Virus record (IMG/VR): IMGVR_UViG_3300033566_000030
Span: 1-57,218 of that record
Strand: one strand, 5' to 3'
Length of the DNA: 57,218 nucleotides
Origin: a virus
Lineage: Duplodnaviria > Caudoviricetes
Position 1 is the first letter of the stretch, and every line of letters starts with the position of its first letter. The position numbers and the translations under genes are program-made. Under the pieces are notes generated by a model. It ran no database searches, was not told the DNA's origin, and saw only the letters and a program-made list of their open reading frames with translations. This document shows positions 33,490 through 43,777 of the stretch, one piece after another.

Positions 33490-34860
33490 ATGTCTTATTT
33501 TAATCACTCTTTCTTCAAGCGTTTCTTGGCAACGGGAGTTACCAGAAATTTAGCTAACACAGGAGCAGCGCCTGGTCCGACTAATCCTTACTCAACAGGA
33601 GGATTTATCATCACACCTGGTGTACCTTCTGTAGAATTATCTCGAATCGCTTTAGGTGGAATCTATACCCCCGGGTATGTGATGTTCGCTGATAAAGCCG
33701 GATTATCTTTAGATGCTGCAGGTCTTGCTGCTTCTTGCTGTGAGGTGTACATCATCAGCACTTCGTTGTTGACAAAAGATAAAATCGGTTCTCATGGCGG
33801 ATTCCGTGAAACAAACAAATCGAAAAAAGTTAATCCGAAATATGTAGACAAAGTCTACAAAGTTGAAGATTGTCTTCCACAACAAGCGATCGTTTCGATC
33901 GGTACAACTCCGGAAACGGCGGTACCTGGTTTACCAGCTGAAAACTTCCAAGGTGGAACAATTCAAACAGATTGTCAAAAAGACTTCTTCTGTGGAGAAG
34001 CTTATGACTTACGTATTGATCTGAAAGGATCTCCAGTGTTACGTTTCTTAAACCGTAACTCATACGTAACAGTAACAGCAAACGGTGGATGTTGCCCTGG
34101 TCCTGCTCCTTCAGAGTTAGATCCAACAACAATCTACATTCAGTGGGCTGACTTAATCGTAGCAAATGCTTTCTTAACACCATTCATTGTTCCGGTTGTA
34201 TTTGATACAACAGGTACTACTTGGTATGCTCCAGGTACAACAGTGGATCCTATTTCAGGTGCTCCTGTATTACCAGCACAATGGTGGTCTGCTTATGTAC
34301 CGGTTCCCGGTGCTCCTGGCTTAACAGCTGGTATGCGTCTTATCGGTGCGTATGTTGATACAGTATTCGGAACTTGTTCTTTCCGTATAACTGATTTCTT
34401 CCAAAAAGAACCAGTTCAAATCTTCGCATCACTTGTTGATGAAACAGGAGATCCATGTGTATTCTCTGGATTGTGTATTTACAACGATTGTCTTGGTTTA
34501 CAAGGTAATGGTTTCGGAGACACTGTTTTAAAAGACATCATCTTGTCAGAATCGTACTTACAGAACTATGTGGATAACACAGATGTTCGTGTTCGTGAGA
34601 TCACTCAAGGAGATGATATCCTGAACTCTGTTAACCGTAACGCGATGTACACTCGTTACTACATCCAACACGTAGTTCCACGTTTCAACAACCCAAGTTC
34701 AACTTTCGACAATGATCGTTACCTAGTTGAAATCATCACACCTTCTGGTGGTAATGCAGCTCTTGAAGCAGCTATCGATGGATGGTTAGGTGCTTGTCAA
34801 GATTGTGTTACTATGGAGGTACACTCATGCACTGCATGTACTGTAACTCCTAACCCATAA
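33490..34860 (+). CDS. Virion structural protein
   Basis: 456 aa with own promoter and terminator. Confidence 0.6.
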   Translation: MSYFNHSFFKRFLATGVTRNLANTGAAPGPTNPYSTGGFIITPGVPSVELSRIALGGIYTPGYVMFADKAGLSLDAAGLAASCCEVYIISTSLLTKDKIGSHGGFRETNKSKKVNPKYVDKVYKVEDCLPQQAIVSIGTTPETAVPGLPAENFQGGTIQTDCQKDFFCGEAYDLRIDLKGSPVLRFLNRNSYVTVTANGGCCPGPAPSELDPTTIYIQWADLIVANAFLTPFIVPVVFDTTGTTWYAPGTTVDPISGAPVLPAQWWSAYVPVPGAPGLTAGMRLIGAYVDTVFGTCSFRITDFFQKEPVQIFASLVDETGDPCVFSGLCIYNDCLGLQGNGFGDTVLKDIILSESYLQNYVDNTDVRVREITQGDDILNSVNRNAMYTRYYIQHVVPRFNNPSSTFDNDRYLVEIITPSGGNAALEAAIDGWLGACQDCVTMEVHSCTACTVTPNP

Positions 34861-34890
34861 TCCGAGGTAAGGTATAATAATCTACAATAA

Positions 34891-34925
34891 AACGGGGAGG
34901 GAAAGATATCCCTTCCCGTTTTTTG
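34891..34925 (+). terminator. Intrinsic terminator
   Basis: AACGGGGAGGGA/TCCCTTCCCGTT + T-run. Confidence 0.8.
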
Positions 34926-34944
34926 TTTTTACAAAGCATCAATC

Positions 34945-35496
34945 ATGGGAAGACACGTATTAAGTCTGGAAGCTCCAGACACCTTAAATGAGTGCATACT
35001 GAGGATAATCGACACCTCTGTCTATAATGTAGACATGGGTGTGAAATGTCCACTGCTGCAGGTAACTGCTCCGGGTTTTAACCAACCGGTTAATTTTCCT
35101 GAGTCTGTGATCTCTCCAGGTTTCAGTCTTAACCTAACAGCTTGTGATCTTGAATTACAAGCAGATGGTTGCGGAACATATTATAACCCTTTATCGGACG
35201 GTATCTATGTTTTAAGATACAGTGCTTCTCCTAATGATATTGTATTCGTTGAGTACAATCATTTGAGAATCACTCGTGCTTTAATCATGATCCAAAAAAT
35301 CAACTGTGATCTTGAGCTTGCTACTTGTGAGCCAACAGCTGCAGTTAAAGAAAAGCTTAATAAAATCACGCAGATCCGTCGCTTCTTAGAAGCAGCAAAA
35401 GACAAAGTTGAGTATTGTCATGAACCTCAGAAAGGTATGGCTCTTTACAATGAAGCTCTTGCTATGATTAAGAAGATGGACTGCAAATCATGTTAA
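34945..35496 (+). CDS. Putative structural protein
   Basis: 183 aa; LSDGIYVLRYS motif. Confidence 0.6.
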   Translation: MGRHVLSLEAPDTLNECILRIIDTSVYNVDMGVKCPLLQVTAPGFNQPVNFPESVISPGFSLNLTACDLELQADGCGTYYNPLSDGIYVLRYSASPNDIVFVEYNHLRITRALIMIQKINCDLELATCEPTAAVKEKLNKITQIRRFLEAAKDKVEYCHEPQKGMALYNEALAMIKKMDCKSC

Positions 35497-35515
35497 ACCA
35501 TAAAAACCAACAAGT

Positions 35516-35743
35516 ATGTCAATGATATGTGGAAATTGTAAGGCATCATACGATTGCACTTGCAAAGAAAGGATGGCGAAAGATGGAACAAAAGTTTGTT
35601 CTATGTGTGTAGCTAATTACAATGCGGGTAATCCAGGACAAGCAACTGCTCAGATCACTGGTGGAGCGGTTAAGAAGATTATCCCGATCGTGCCTGGACA
35701 ACCAAACAATGTGACGGTAGTATATAACCGTAGTAACAAATAA
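35516..35743 (+). CDS. Small Cys-rich protein
   Basis: CxxC..CxC..CxxC. Confidence 0.65.
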   Translation: MSMICGNCKASYDCTCKERMAKDGTKVCSMCVANYNAGNPGQATAQITGGAVKKIIPIVPGQPNNVTVVYNRSNK

Positions 35744-35753
35744 AAACGACAAC

Positions 35754-38057
35754 ATGGCTTGCTTATGCCCTCCTGGATATACATTACTTGCTGACGGGAT
35801 AACCTGTGAGAAAATCACAACGGCCTTACCGACTCCACCAGAAACAGCCATTCCTATCGATGTCAACATTGAAGGTGGTGGTAATATGGGTAGTCAAGGT
35901 CTCCTTATTCATGAGAACGTCTCGAGTAACCAGATGGGGGGAAGTAAACAATGGCCAATTCTCGATACTCCTCAGAATAGTGCTAATGCAGCAAGTTTAA
36001 GTACAATACCTGCAATAGGTCCTAACTGGACAAGTATTAGTCCAGCGCCAACTTTACCAGATGATCAACATCAACCAGTAAACTTGGTTCAACCGGGTGG
36101 GTATCCTCCTTTGGGTATGCCTAATTATCCCGGATCATGTACACCAGGTTGTTTACCTACATGTTTACGTGAGAGTATTGTTGTAGCCGGCGTATTGAAT
36201 TATGGAGTAAGTTCTCCTGTAATGCCCACAGTATGGCAAAACTCTTTTCCTTGGCAAACTGGTTTCTGGGGTAATGCTATTGGTGTATGGCCATCTGATG
36301 CTCTTCTTACCAATTTTAAATGGGTTGGGGTATCTGCCTGCGTTACTGTAGTCGATGCACCGAAAACATATTATGTCCTGATGGCATGTAACAATGCTTT
36401 CAGATTTAGTGTAAATGGCCAACTTGCTGTTGAAAGAAACGTAGGAGATGGACTTACTGTACCACTTGGTTATGTGAATGCATTCCCAATAACTCTCCCA
36501 ATAGGAACACATACTTTCTATTTTGAAGGATTCAATTATTCTGGTGGTGGACAATTCGCGGTAGATTTACTGGATATTGATGAGCCAACATTACTTGCTA
36601 TCAATACACTTCCGGGAATAGATCCGTATCGTGTATTCTCTACATTATGGAGAAAACCTCGTGCTATAACATTTACTGCAGGTGGAACAACAATTACTTC
36701 TGTTGGTCTGTTTACCATTCATGATGTAGGTGCATTTATTGATGCACCAGGATTCTCACCAACTGCTTACATTGTTAACGTAATTGATGCTAATACAGCT
36801 ATTATTAGTGAAGTGAGTCCTCCTGTAGCAACAGGTGGTCAATTATACTTTGTTTGGGATACCGGTAGCAGTGCAGAAAATGCATGGACTTGTCCTGAAG
36901 GATTTCTTTTCGGTAACTGTAATGGACCAGAGTGTCGTTTAGTTGAGACTGCAGAATGTGAAGAACCACCAGTTTCTTGTTATTTACTTACAGCTTGTGA
37001 TGGGTCTCTGGATCCAATTGTTGTGACAAACGATCTCTCAAGTGTTGTTGGTCAGGTATTAAATCTTTGCCCGGCGGATTTCCCTAACCGCGTCATAGGC
37101 CCTGATCAAGGTGTTCCTATAATCTTCAGTCCACAAACAGACAATACTAACAATTATACCTTAACAGACTGTTGCGGTCTTCTTCCTGATGTAGTTATCA
37201 CCAATGGTCTGGACAATGTTCCTCCAGGTGGAGTTCTTGTTATTCCAAGTCTTGGTGCAGAAACATGCTGGACTTATGTCCAAGGTACATTTACTGTAAG
37301 TAACGTAGTTGATCTTACAGGAGCATTGTATTACAATAACTGTGCTACTTGTAATAATACCCATCCTTGTGTTGTTTATCCGGTAGTGGATATTTGTACT
37401 TGTTTTACAGTAAGTTTAGCTCCAGACTGTGTTGGAGCAATAACTCTACTTTTACCGGTTATTCCTATTCCATACGCGAACTGTGCAGCTTGTCTTCCTG
37501 TTTGTTACTTATTAACAAATTGTGAAGATCCTCTTGAGACTATTAAAACATATACAGATTTCTCTGATTATGTGGGTATGGTGATCAAGCTTCTTGCAAG
37601 TTGTCCGGATAAGTGCTGGATTGTAAGTATTGCTCCAGACTGTATTGATTCGATATCAGTTCAGCAAAGTATTCAATTCTTCGCGGATTGTGTAAGTTGT
37701 CTTCCGCCGGTATTAGAGATTCCAATAAACTTGAAAACTCGTGCTGTTAAGCCTGGTTTCTATACACCTGGATGCCCACCTGATTACACGGTTAAAGTGA
37801 AGTGTAAGTTTGCTGAAGCAGTCTATCGTGAATTACTGGTTAAGAAATACGGAGTAACTCCTTGCTGTGATGAAGATGATCATAAATGGGATCTTAAGAA
37901 AAGCATTCTTGAGCTTAATGCTCTTTATGACCCGGAAGCATGTAAGTCATCTATCCAAAAATGCTGTCCGCCAACTTGTTTGGATGTTCAGTTAGTTGTA
38001 TTTAGACCGGTATCCTGTGCACCACCTGATGATCTTGTGGTAACCTTGTTGCCATAG
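35754..38057 (+). CDS. Large Cys-rich virion protein with PA14-like segment
   Basis: CPPGYTL..C, NNAFRFSVNG..ITLPIGTH, repeated CY.LT.C modules. Confidence 0.6.
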   Translation: MACLCPPGYTLLADGITCEKITTALPTPPETAIPIDVNIEGGGNMGSQGLLIHENVSSNQMGGSKQWPILDTPQNSANAASLSTIPAIGPNWTSISPAPTLPDDQHQPVNLVQPGGYPPLGMPNYPGSCTPGCLPTCLRESIVVAGVLNYGVSSPVMPTVWQNSFPWQTGFWGNAIGVWPSDALLTNFKWVGVSACVTVVDAPKTYYVLMACNNAFRFSVNGQLAVERNVGDGLTVPLGYVNAFPITLPIGTHTFYFEGFNYSGGGQFAVDLLDIDEPTLLAINTLPGIDPYRVFSTLWRKPRAITFTAGGTTITSVGLFTIHDVGAFIDAPGFSPTAYIVNVIDANTAIISEVSPPVATGGQLYFVWDTGSSAENAWTCPEGFLFGNCNGPECRLVETAECEEPPVSCYLLTACDGSLDPIVVTNDLSSVVGQVLNLCPADFPNRVIGPDQGVPIIFSPQTDNTNNYTLTDCCGLLPDVVITNGLDNVPPGGVLVIPSLGAETCWTYVQGTFTVSNVVDLTGALYYNNCATCNNTHPCVVYPVVDICTCFTVSLAPDCVGAITLLLPVIPIPYANCAACLPVCYLLTNCEDPLETIKTYTDFSDYVGMVIKLLASCPDKCWIVSIAPDCIDSISVQQSIQFFADCVSCLPPVLEIPINLKTRAVKPGFYTPGCPPDYTVKVKCKFAEAVYRELLVKKYGVTPCCDEDDHKWDLKKSILELNALYDPEACKSSIQKCCPPTCLDVQLVVFRPVSCAPPDDLVVTLLP

Positions 38058-38103
38058 TATTTGTATATTCGTATTATTATTTGTATATTAACATAGAGAC
38101 AAG

Positions 38104-39633
38104 ATGAATCCTACTAATAACACAAAAGACGGTTGCGTACCAGTTTCTTCAAACTGTGTAATCTGGCAAGGGCCGGACATTCCTTGTATTGGCCTATGTA
38201 AAGGTGCCAGTGTATCGGATGTTATTGCAAAACTCGGAGAAGAGCTTTGCAAGATCATGGATTACATGAAGGTATCAAACTATGATCTTGAGTGTTTAGG
38301 TGTTGCTGCTTGTCCTCCTAAAGACTTTGCTGCTCTTATTCAACTAATTATTACACGTCTGTGTCTTGTAGATGCTGCAGTAGCTGAACTAAATGGAACA
38401 GGCGGGACTGGAGGAAGCTCTGCTCGTCTTGGTGGTGGAGATGATTGTCCTCAGTGCCAGATTGTAATTGCACCATGTTTCCGTTTTGTAAGTAAAACTG
38501 GTGATGAGATTACAAGTATGACTATGACAGATTATGTTATAGCTATCGGTAACAAGATTTGTGGATTAGTTTCTACAATCTCTACTCTTCAAACAGCTGT
38601 TGCCAATCATGAAACTCGTATTACGGCTCTTGAAGAAGCGCCAGATCCTACTTTCACTCTTCCCCAAGTAACTCCTGTATGTGTTCTGCCGGCTGTGCCA
38701 ACAGATATGAACTTAGTTCTAGCGGCTCTTGAAGCACAATTTTGTACCTTGTTAGGTGCAACTGGGTCGAGTGAAAGCCTTTTTGCTGCATTTACTAAGC
38801 AGTGTCCTAATCTTACTGCTCAAGATCAACTGAGTGGACCAGGACAAATGGGAAACATTACAGGTTGGGTTGCAAATGTTCAAAACTTAGCAGGCAGTCT
38901 TAATAACCTTTGGCTTACAATATGTGATCTGAGAGGGTCTATAGCTTCCATTCAATCTAACTGCTGTCCTTCAGGATGCGCAGGAATTCAGCTTGCAATG
39001 ACAGCACAACTTGAAGGAAGTGTTCTTAAACTTTATCTGGTAGGAACTATTCCTCCTGAGTTTAATCAATGTGCTCCTGGTACAACAACATTTACTATTT
39101 CTGATCAAAGCGGTCATACTATCAATTATCCAATTGATCTTATTGCTGCAATGAACTTACCTGGTGGATATTCTGTTGATCTTTCTGTAACCCCTATAAA
39201 TCTTGCTGATGATCTTACGATTATTGCAAATCCTTGTTTGGAAAGTGCTACTTCTGGAAGCACATGCCAGTATGCTCTCAACTATACTGCAGTGTATCCT
39301 GGTACTTGCCCTACGATGAACTATATCCAAACTGAATCCACTATTACCTACAATGGAAATATCATTTCTGGAACTGGTGCTTTCACAGTTGAGTTATGGA
39401 ACAATGCCGGAACTACTCTTGTTCAAAGTCAGACTTCGAACTTAAGTGCACCGGCTACTCTTGCAGGTACCTTTGCTGGACTTACTGCAAACACTATTTA
39501 CAAAGTACGTGTTAAGATTGTTCCTGGTGGTGATGGTATTCCTTTATATTGTCCTTTCGTTTCAATACAAACTTCGCCATCAACTTGCCCTCCTCCAACG
39601 GATCTGGTTGTTGTCTTAAATGAGAACCCATAA
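38104..39633 (+). CDS. Cys-rich fibre-like protein with C-terminal FN3-like domain
   Basis: HETRITALE coiled coil; FAGLTANTIYKVRV. Confidence 0.65.
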   Translation: MNPTNNTKDGCVPVSSNCVIWQGPDIPCIGLCKGASVSDVIAKLGEELCKIMDYMKVSNYDLECLGVAACPPKDFAALIQLIITRLCLVDAAVAELNGTGGTGGSSARLGGGDDCPQCQIVIAPCFRFVSKTGDEITSMTMTDYVIAIGNKICGLVSTISTLQTAVANHETRITALEEAPDPTFTLPQVTPVCVLPAVPTDMNLVLAALEAQFCTLLGATGSSESLFAAFTKQCPNLTAQDQLSGPGQMGNITGWVANVQNLAGSLNNLWLTICDLRGSIASIQSNCCPSGCAGIQLAMTAQLEGSVLKLYLVGTIPPEFNQCAPGTTTFTISDQSGHTINYPIDLIAAMNLPGGYSVDLSVTPINLADDLTIIANPCLESATSGSTCQYALNYTAVYPGTCPTMNYIQTESTITYNGNIISGTGAFTVELWNNAGTTLVQSQTSNLSAPATLAGTFAGLTANTIYKVRVKIVPGGDGIPLYCPFVSIQTSPSTCPPPTDLVVVLNENP

Positions 39634-40169
39634 TGAGCTGTAAGTGTAAAAATAAACCATGTGGTTGTGAAGACCAGGCCCTGACAACAGGACCTGTTTG
39701 TCCTCAAGATGCTCCGGCATGTCCGAGACCTGATCCTTGTTCTGAAACTTTCAGTACAGAGTGTATTGTACATATCGGTGATACCATTGTAGATCTTGAT
39801 ATCAGAAAGGGAGATCGTTTGGATGATATCCTTCAGAAGATGGTATTGTTATTAACTAACAATGCTTGTATTCTTCCGGGGGCTACTTGTCAATCCCCTG
39901 TTGGATTACGTAGCATAGCTATCACCAATTCTTCTATAAAGGTAGAATGGGATGCTACACCGAATGCAACCACTTATGAAGTTGAGTACAAGTTAGCTGC
40001 TGCAGTTACATGGACCTCGAATCCTGCCGTTGTACAAGCTCTTTACCCGCAAGATACAATCGGCTTATTAGCTGCAAATAGCGAATATCATATCCGTGTA
40101 AGAGCAATCTGCGGTGTGAATCCTACAACGTGTACATCAGTAACCATTTTAGTAAAAACAAAACCGTAA
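39633..40169 (+). CDS. FN3-domain protein
   Basis: SPVGL..ITNSSIKVEW..YEVEYK..LLAANSEYHIRVRAIC. Confidence 0.75.
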   Translation: MSCKCKNKPCGCEDQALTTGPVCPQDAPACPRPDPCSETFSTECIVHIGDTIVDLDIRKGDRLDDILQKMVLLLTNNACILPGATCQSPVGLRSIAITNSSIKVEWDATPNATTYEVEYKLAAAVTWTSNPAVVQALYPQDTIGLLAANSEYHIRVRAICGVNPTTCTSVTILVKTKP

Positions 40170-40181
40170 ACCACAATCATC

Positions 40182-41375
40182 ATGATATTCGACGGCCAAT
40201 TAGAGTTCTCCTTCACCAGCTTAGTGACAAATGGATGTCACAGAATAGGATATAGAATCCAAGGATCTGGTGATCCTTATACTATTGCACCGGTTAATTG
40301 TACACCGTACACTCCACCAAACCCTGCTCCAAACTGTGTAGCGAACATAACTGTTCAGTTAAATGATCAGCTTTGTGGTGATGTTGTATATGAAGGATAT
40401 GTACAACCTTGCTGTGAAACAGTAGATTCATTAAACGGAAGAGTTCCTTTTGAAGTAACTTTCACTCCGGATGATCCTTGTCCGATGTATGAGATTACTT
40501 GTGAATCTGTAGGTGTTGATTCAGCTGCTATGACCGATAACGGTACTAAATATTTAGTGGTACCAAATGTACTTATTTCGGGTGGTGGTGGATCTGGTGC
40601 TACTGCAATAGCTGTTCTCGGAACAGGTATTTTATTAGCAGGAACTGAAAATGTTCAACTTGCTGGTGCAGGCTATACAGATGGTGTATGGTTGAATGTT
40701 CCTGTAATAGGAGGAGCTGGAACTGGAGGTACGATAGATGTAACAGTAGTTGGTGGTGCTGTTGTATCATTTACTATAAACAATCCTGGAACTGGATATG
40801 CATCAGGTAATGATAATTTTGCTCCAGATCCTGCAGCAATGGGTCCATCTGCGCCAACAATTGTAGCAAATTTGGAAGCTGATACAGATGCTGAAACAAT
40901 CACTGCAGTAACCATTACAGCTCCAGGAAGTGGATATACAAGCACACCAACTATCACTATTGATCCAAGTGCTGGAATTCAAGCTGAGGCAGTGGCTATT
41001 CTTGAAGCAGACTGTCCATCATCCGCTTTTGGTACAAAATGTGACGGAACTCCTTCTCCTGTTGTTGGACCTATTCCTTTTGGTGATATTTTTGTAATAT
41101 GTAGAAATACTGATCCTTTTGCTATGCCGGCTGCTTATGATGTAGCGGTTATCGATTGTTGTGAAACTACTGACTGTGTAGATACAACAGTTACAACTAA
41201 TGGAATCTTCACAGGATTCATTTACTATACTGATTGTAACGGGGATGTTCAAACAGCTAACCCTGGAGCTTCTGCCGTAGATTTCAGTATCGGTTGTATC
41301 AAAAGAGGAACAGTGAGAGTTAGCCCACCACCACAAACAGGTAATGTTGTGGTAAATCATGGAGTCATCTGTTAA
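40182..41375 (+). CDS. Structural protein with PGxGY repeats
   Basis: GGGGSGATA, NNPGTGY, PGSGYTSTPTITI. Confidence 0.65.
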   Translation: MIFDGQLEFSFTSLVTNGCHRIGYRIQGSGDPYTIAPVNCTPYTPPNPAPNCVANITVQLNDQLCGDVVYEGYVQPCCETVDSLNGRVPFEVTFTPDDPCPMYEITCESVGVDSAAMTDNGTKYLVVPNVLISGGGGSGATAIAVLGTGILLAGTENVQLAGAGYTDGVWLNVPVIGGAGTGGTIDVTVVGGAVVSFTINNPGTGYASGNDNFAPDPAAMGPSAPTIVANLEADTDAETITAVTITAPGSGYTSTPTITIDPSAGIQAEAVAILEADCPSSAFGTKCDGTPSPVVGPIPFGDIFVICRNTDPFAMPAAYDVAVIDCCETTDCVDTTVTTNGIFTGFIYYTDCNGDVQTANPGASAVDFSIGCIKRGTVRVSPPPQTGNVVVNHGVIC

Positions 41376-41423
41376 GCTAAAATAATGTCATGGTTTAGTT
41401 GGTTTATCATGGCTGACAGCAGG

Positions 41424-41448
41424 AGCCTCACAGAAATGTGGGGCTTTT
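41424..41448 (+). terminator. Intrinsic terminator
   Basis: AGCCTCACA-GAAA-TGTGGGGCT-TTT. Confidence 0.7.
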
Positions 41449-41524
41449 GTATTATATTTGCAGAAGTGATCAGCAATGTTTATTTTTAAACCTCGGGAAA
41501 AATCCGTATATTAGACTTACATGT

Positions 41525-42109
41525 ATGAGTGATTTTAGAGCACCAGACTTGAATGCCCCGCGCTTCAGACCAGACTATAAAAGGACACTAAGCCAAAAGC
41601 TTTTCAAGCAGTTCATTGAAAAATATCCGGAGTATAGTCATCTTGATTATGAGCAGTTTTCTCTCATAGTAAAGACTTACAATCAGAAGCTTTGGACAGG
41701 AGCTTTAGATGAACGAGATGGTATAGAATTACCTCAATCGTTAGGTCATGTTCATATCGGTGCTTGTGAAAAACCATTCACCGATCGTGTTGATTATGCA
41801 AAGTCAAAAGCTTTGGGTAAGAAGGTGATGAAAAGGAATATGGAAACTGATGGTAAGGTTGCTAAGATATTTTATAGCAACTCTTCAAGCCGATTTAGTT
41901 TCCGACATAAGAAGCTCTGGGCTTTTCACGGTGGAAGGGAATTCAAAAGAACACTATCTCGAATATTCCCTGAACGATGGACCAGGTACATATTAAAAGA
42001 ACAGTTCAAAAAGGACAAGATTATAAAGCTGAATAAAATACTTTCCTTTCAGGAGAAGATCGGTAAACAGAAAGCTACAGAGGATTATAACGAATTTGAT
42101 TTAGAGTAA
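41525..42109 (+). CDS. IHF-like basic protein
   Basis: GIELPQSLGHVHI; position before ring genes; TATATTAG at 41507 favours ATG 41525. Confidence 0.5.
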   Translation: MSDFRAPDLNAPRFRPDYKRTLSQKLFKQFIEKYPEYSHLDYEQFSLIVKTYNQKLWTGALDERDGIELPQSLGHVHIGACEKPFTDRVDYAKSKALGKKVMKRNMETDGKVAKIFYSNSSSRFSFRHKKLWAFHGGREFKRTLSRIFPERWTRYILKEQFKKDKIIKLNKILSFQEKIGKQKATEDYNEFDLE

Positions 42110-42110
42110 C

Positions 42111-42782
42111 ATGCAAACAATAGGTGAAAGCATATCAAGGGTGCGTAATGTACTCAAAGCTGTAAAAGAGGATCCTTTTATTACAGATAGATTTATTGCC
42201 AGCGTGGTGATGAAGTATGCAAAAGCTCTTATTAGAAGACAGGACAATGAGAATAAGATCATGAAGTATGATAGCTTGTTCGAACCTCTTCCTTGTGTTG
42301 ATTTGATACCCGTTGATAAAATAGAAGCATGTTGTGCCGGGATATCTACCGGTTGTAAAATCTACAGAACTAAAGACAGATTACCTAAAATTCTTGAAGG
42401 TAGTTCGGGACCTTTATTCAAAGATGTTTCTTCTCTGGATGGATCTATCATCTTGATAAAAACTAAGCCAGCTAGTTATGTAGCAATGGCTAACACTACC
42501 ACTTTCAAATATAACAAGTCAAAATACTACTGGCATATTGACGGATACTTATACTTTCCGGATATTGAATGGGATGCCGTTCGTGTAGAAGCTCTTTGGG
42601 AAGGAGATGTTTCTTTCTTAAAGTGCGATAAGGATAAACAATGTTTACCGATGCAACAGCAACCTTTACGTGTACCTGATTATTTGATGGCTGAGACTGA
42701 ACAGTTTGCTATAAAAGAATTATTAACTATGGGTCAGATTCCTACTGATGGATCGGATAACCAACAAAACGTGCTTAGATAA
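42111..42782 (+). CDS. Tail ring protein (putative)
   Basis: Gene order; YYW..DGYLYF. Confidence 0.55.
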   Translation: MQTIGESISRVRNVLKAVKEDPFITDRFIASVVMKYAKALIRRQDNENKIMKYDSLFEPLPCVDLIPVDKIEACCAGISTGCKIYRTKDRLPKILEGSSGPLFKDVSSLDGSIILIKTKPASYVAMANTTTFKYNKSKYYWHIDGYLYFPDIEWDAVRVEALWEGDVSFLKCDKDKQCLPMQQQPLRVPDYLMAETEQFAIKELLTMGQIPTDGSDNQQNVLR

Positions 42783-43777
42783 TGTCTTATAATTATACCC
42801 TTAAGTACAGAACTTTCGATCAAATGCTCGATGATGTTCGTGTTGACTTTCCGAATCTTGATAAGAATATCGAACCTCAACAGTTATTAAAGGTTGCTCG
42901 TAAGTGTAACTATGATCTTGGTCTAAGAATTCAACAAACCAGAGAAGGTGTTGTTGAAATAGAGAACGGTGTAGGGAAGCTTCCGGATGATTTTCATGTT
43001 TTGAACTATGCTCTCCTTTGTTTAAGTCAACACGTAACTACTGGACCAGCGCCAAGTGGTACCTGGATTGAAGAAAGACCTTACAATTCCGGAACAGATG
43101 TTGTGAATGTTTGTACTCCACCAAAGGTTAACTGTCATATTTGTCAACCAAATCCTTGTCAATGTACACCTTGTGCTACAGAAAATGCTTGTAATACTGC
43201 AGTAAATGATCCGGCGCAACCATACGGTGATCCTTGTCATAAACCAAGAGTCTATCTTAACTGTAAAGGTGAGTGCTACGAGCTTGTTCAGATTGTAAAG
43301 ACAGGTCATGTATATACTTATTCCGAACTTATCCCGATTAAAATCATTGCAGGTAAAGAATCCGTCGATTGTGCTTGCCCAAATACGCAATCTACTTGCG
43401 CAGATAAAGCTTGGATCAAAGACGGCTTCCTTTACACGAGTGTAAATACCTGCAAAATATATGTAAACTACCAAGGTGATATGGTAGATGATGACGGTAA
43501 CATTATTGTACCGGATCATGCAGCACTTAATGATTTCTACGAGTATGCCATGAAAAAGAGGATTCTCGAGAATATGATCATGAATGACGAAACAGTGACG
43601 CAGATTAAACTGCAGCTGGTTATGGATGGTTTTAAAACATCCAGAATACAATCTATGACGATCGTTAATACACCAAACTTCTCCGAGATGAATGCTGTTT
43701 TTGATGCTAACAGAAAAGCCCAATACCACAAATATTATTCAATGTTTAAAAGCTTAGGAGCATGGAAACAGAGATAA
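42782..43777 (+). CDS. Tail tubular/ring protein with Cys-rich insertion
   Basis: VEIENGVGKLPDDF; DDDGNIIVPD. Confidence 0.6.
   Translation: MSYNYTLKYRTFDQMLDDVRVDFPNLDKNIEPQQLLKVARKCNYDLGLRIQQTREGVVEIENGVGKLPDDFHVLNYALLCLSQHVTTGPAPSGTWIEERPYNSGTDVVNVCTPPKVNCHICQPNPCQCTPCATENACNTAVNDPAQPYGDPCHKPRVYLNCKGECYELVQIVKTGHVYTYSELIPIKIIAGKESVDCACPNTQSTCADKAWIKDGFLYTSVNTCKIYVNYQGDMVDDDGNIIVPDHAALNDFYEYAMKKRILENMIMNDETVTQIKLQLVMDGFKTSRIQSMTIVNTPNFSEMNAVFDANRKAQYHKYYSMFKSLGAWKQR

Noticed and set aside
43022-43729. 235-aa antisense ORF and similar antisense ORFs in the structural module
   Set aside because: Shadow frames of codon-biased plus-strand genes, with no motifs or expression signals.
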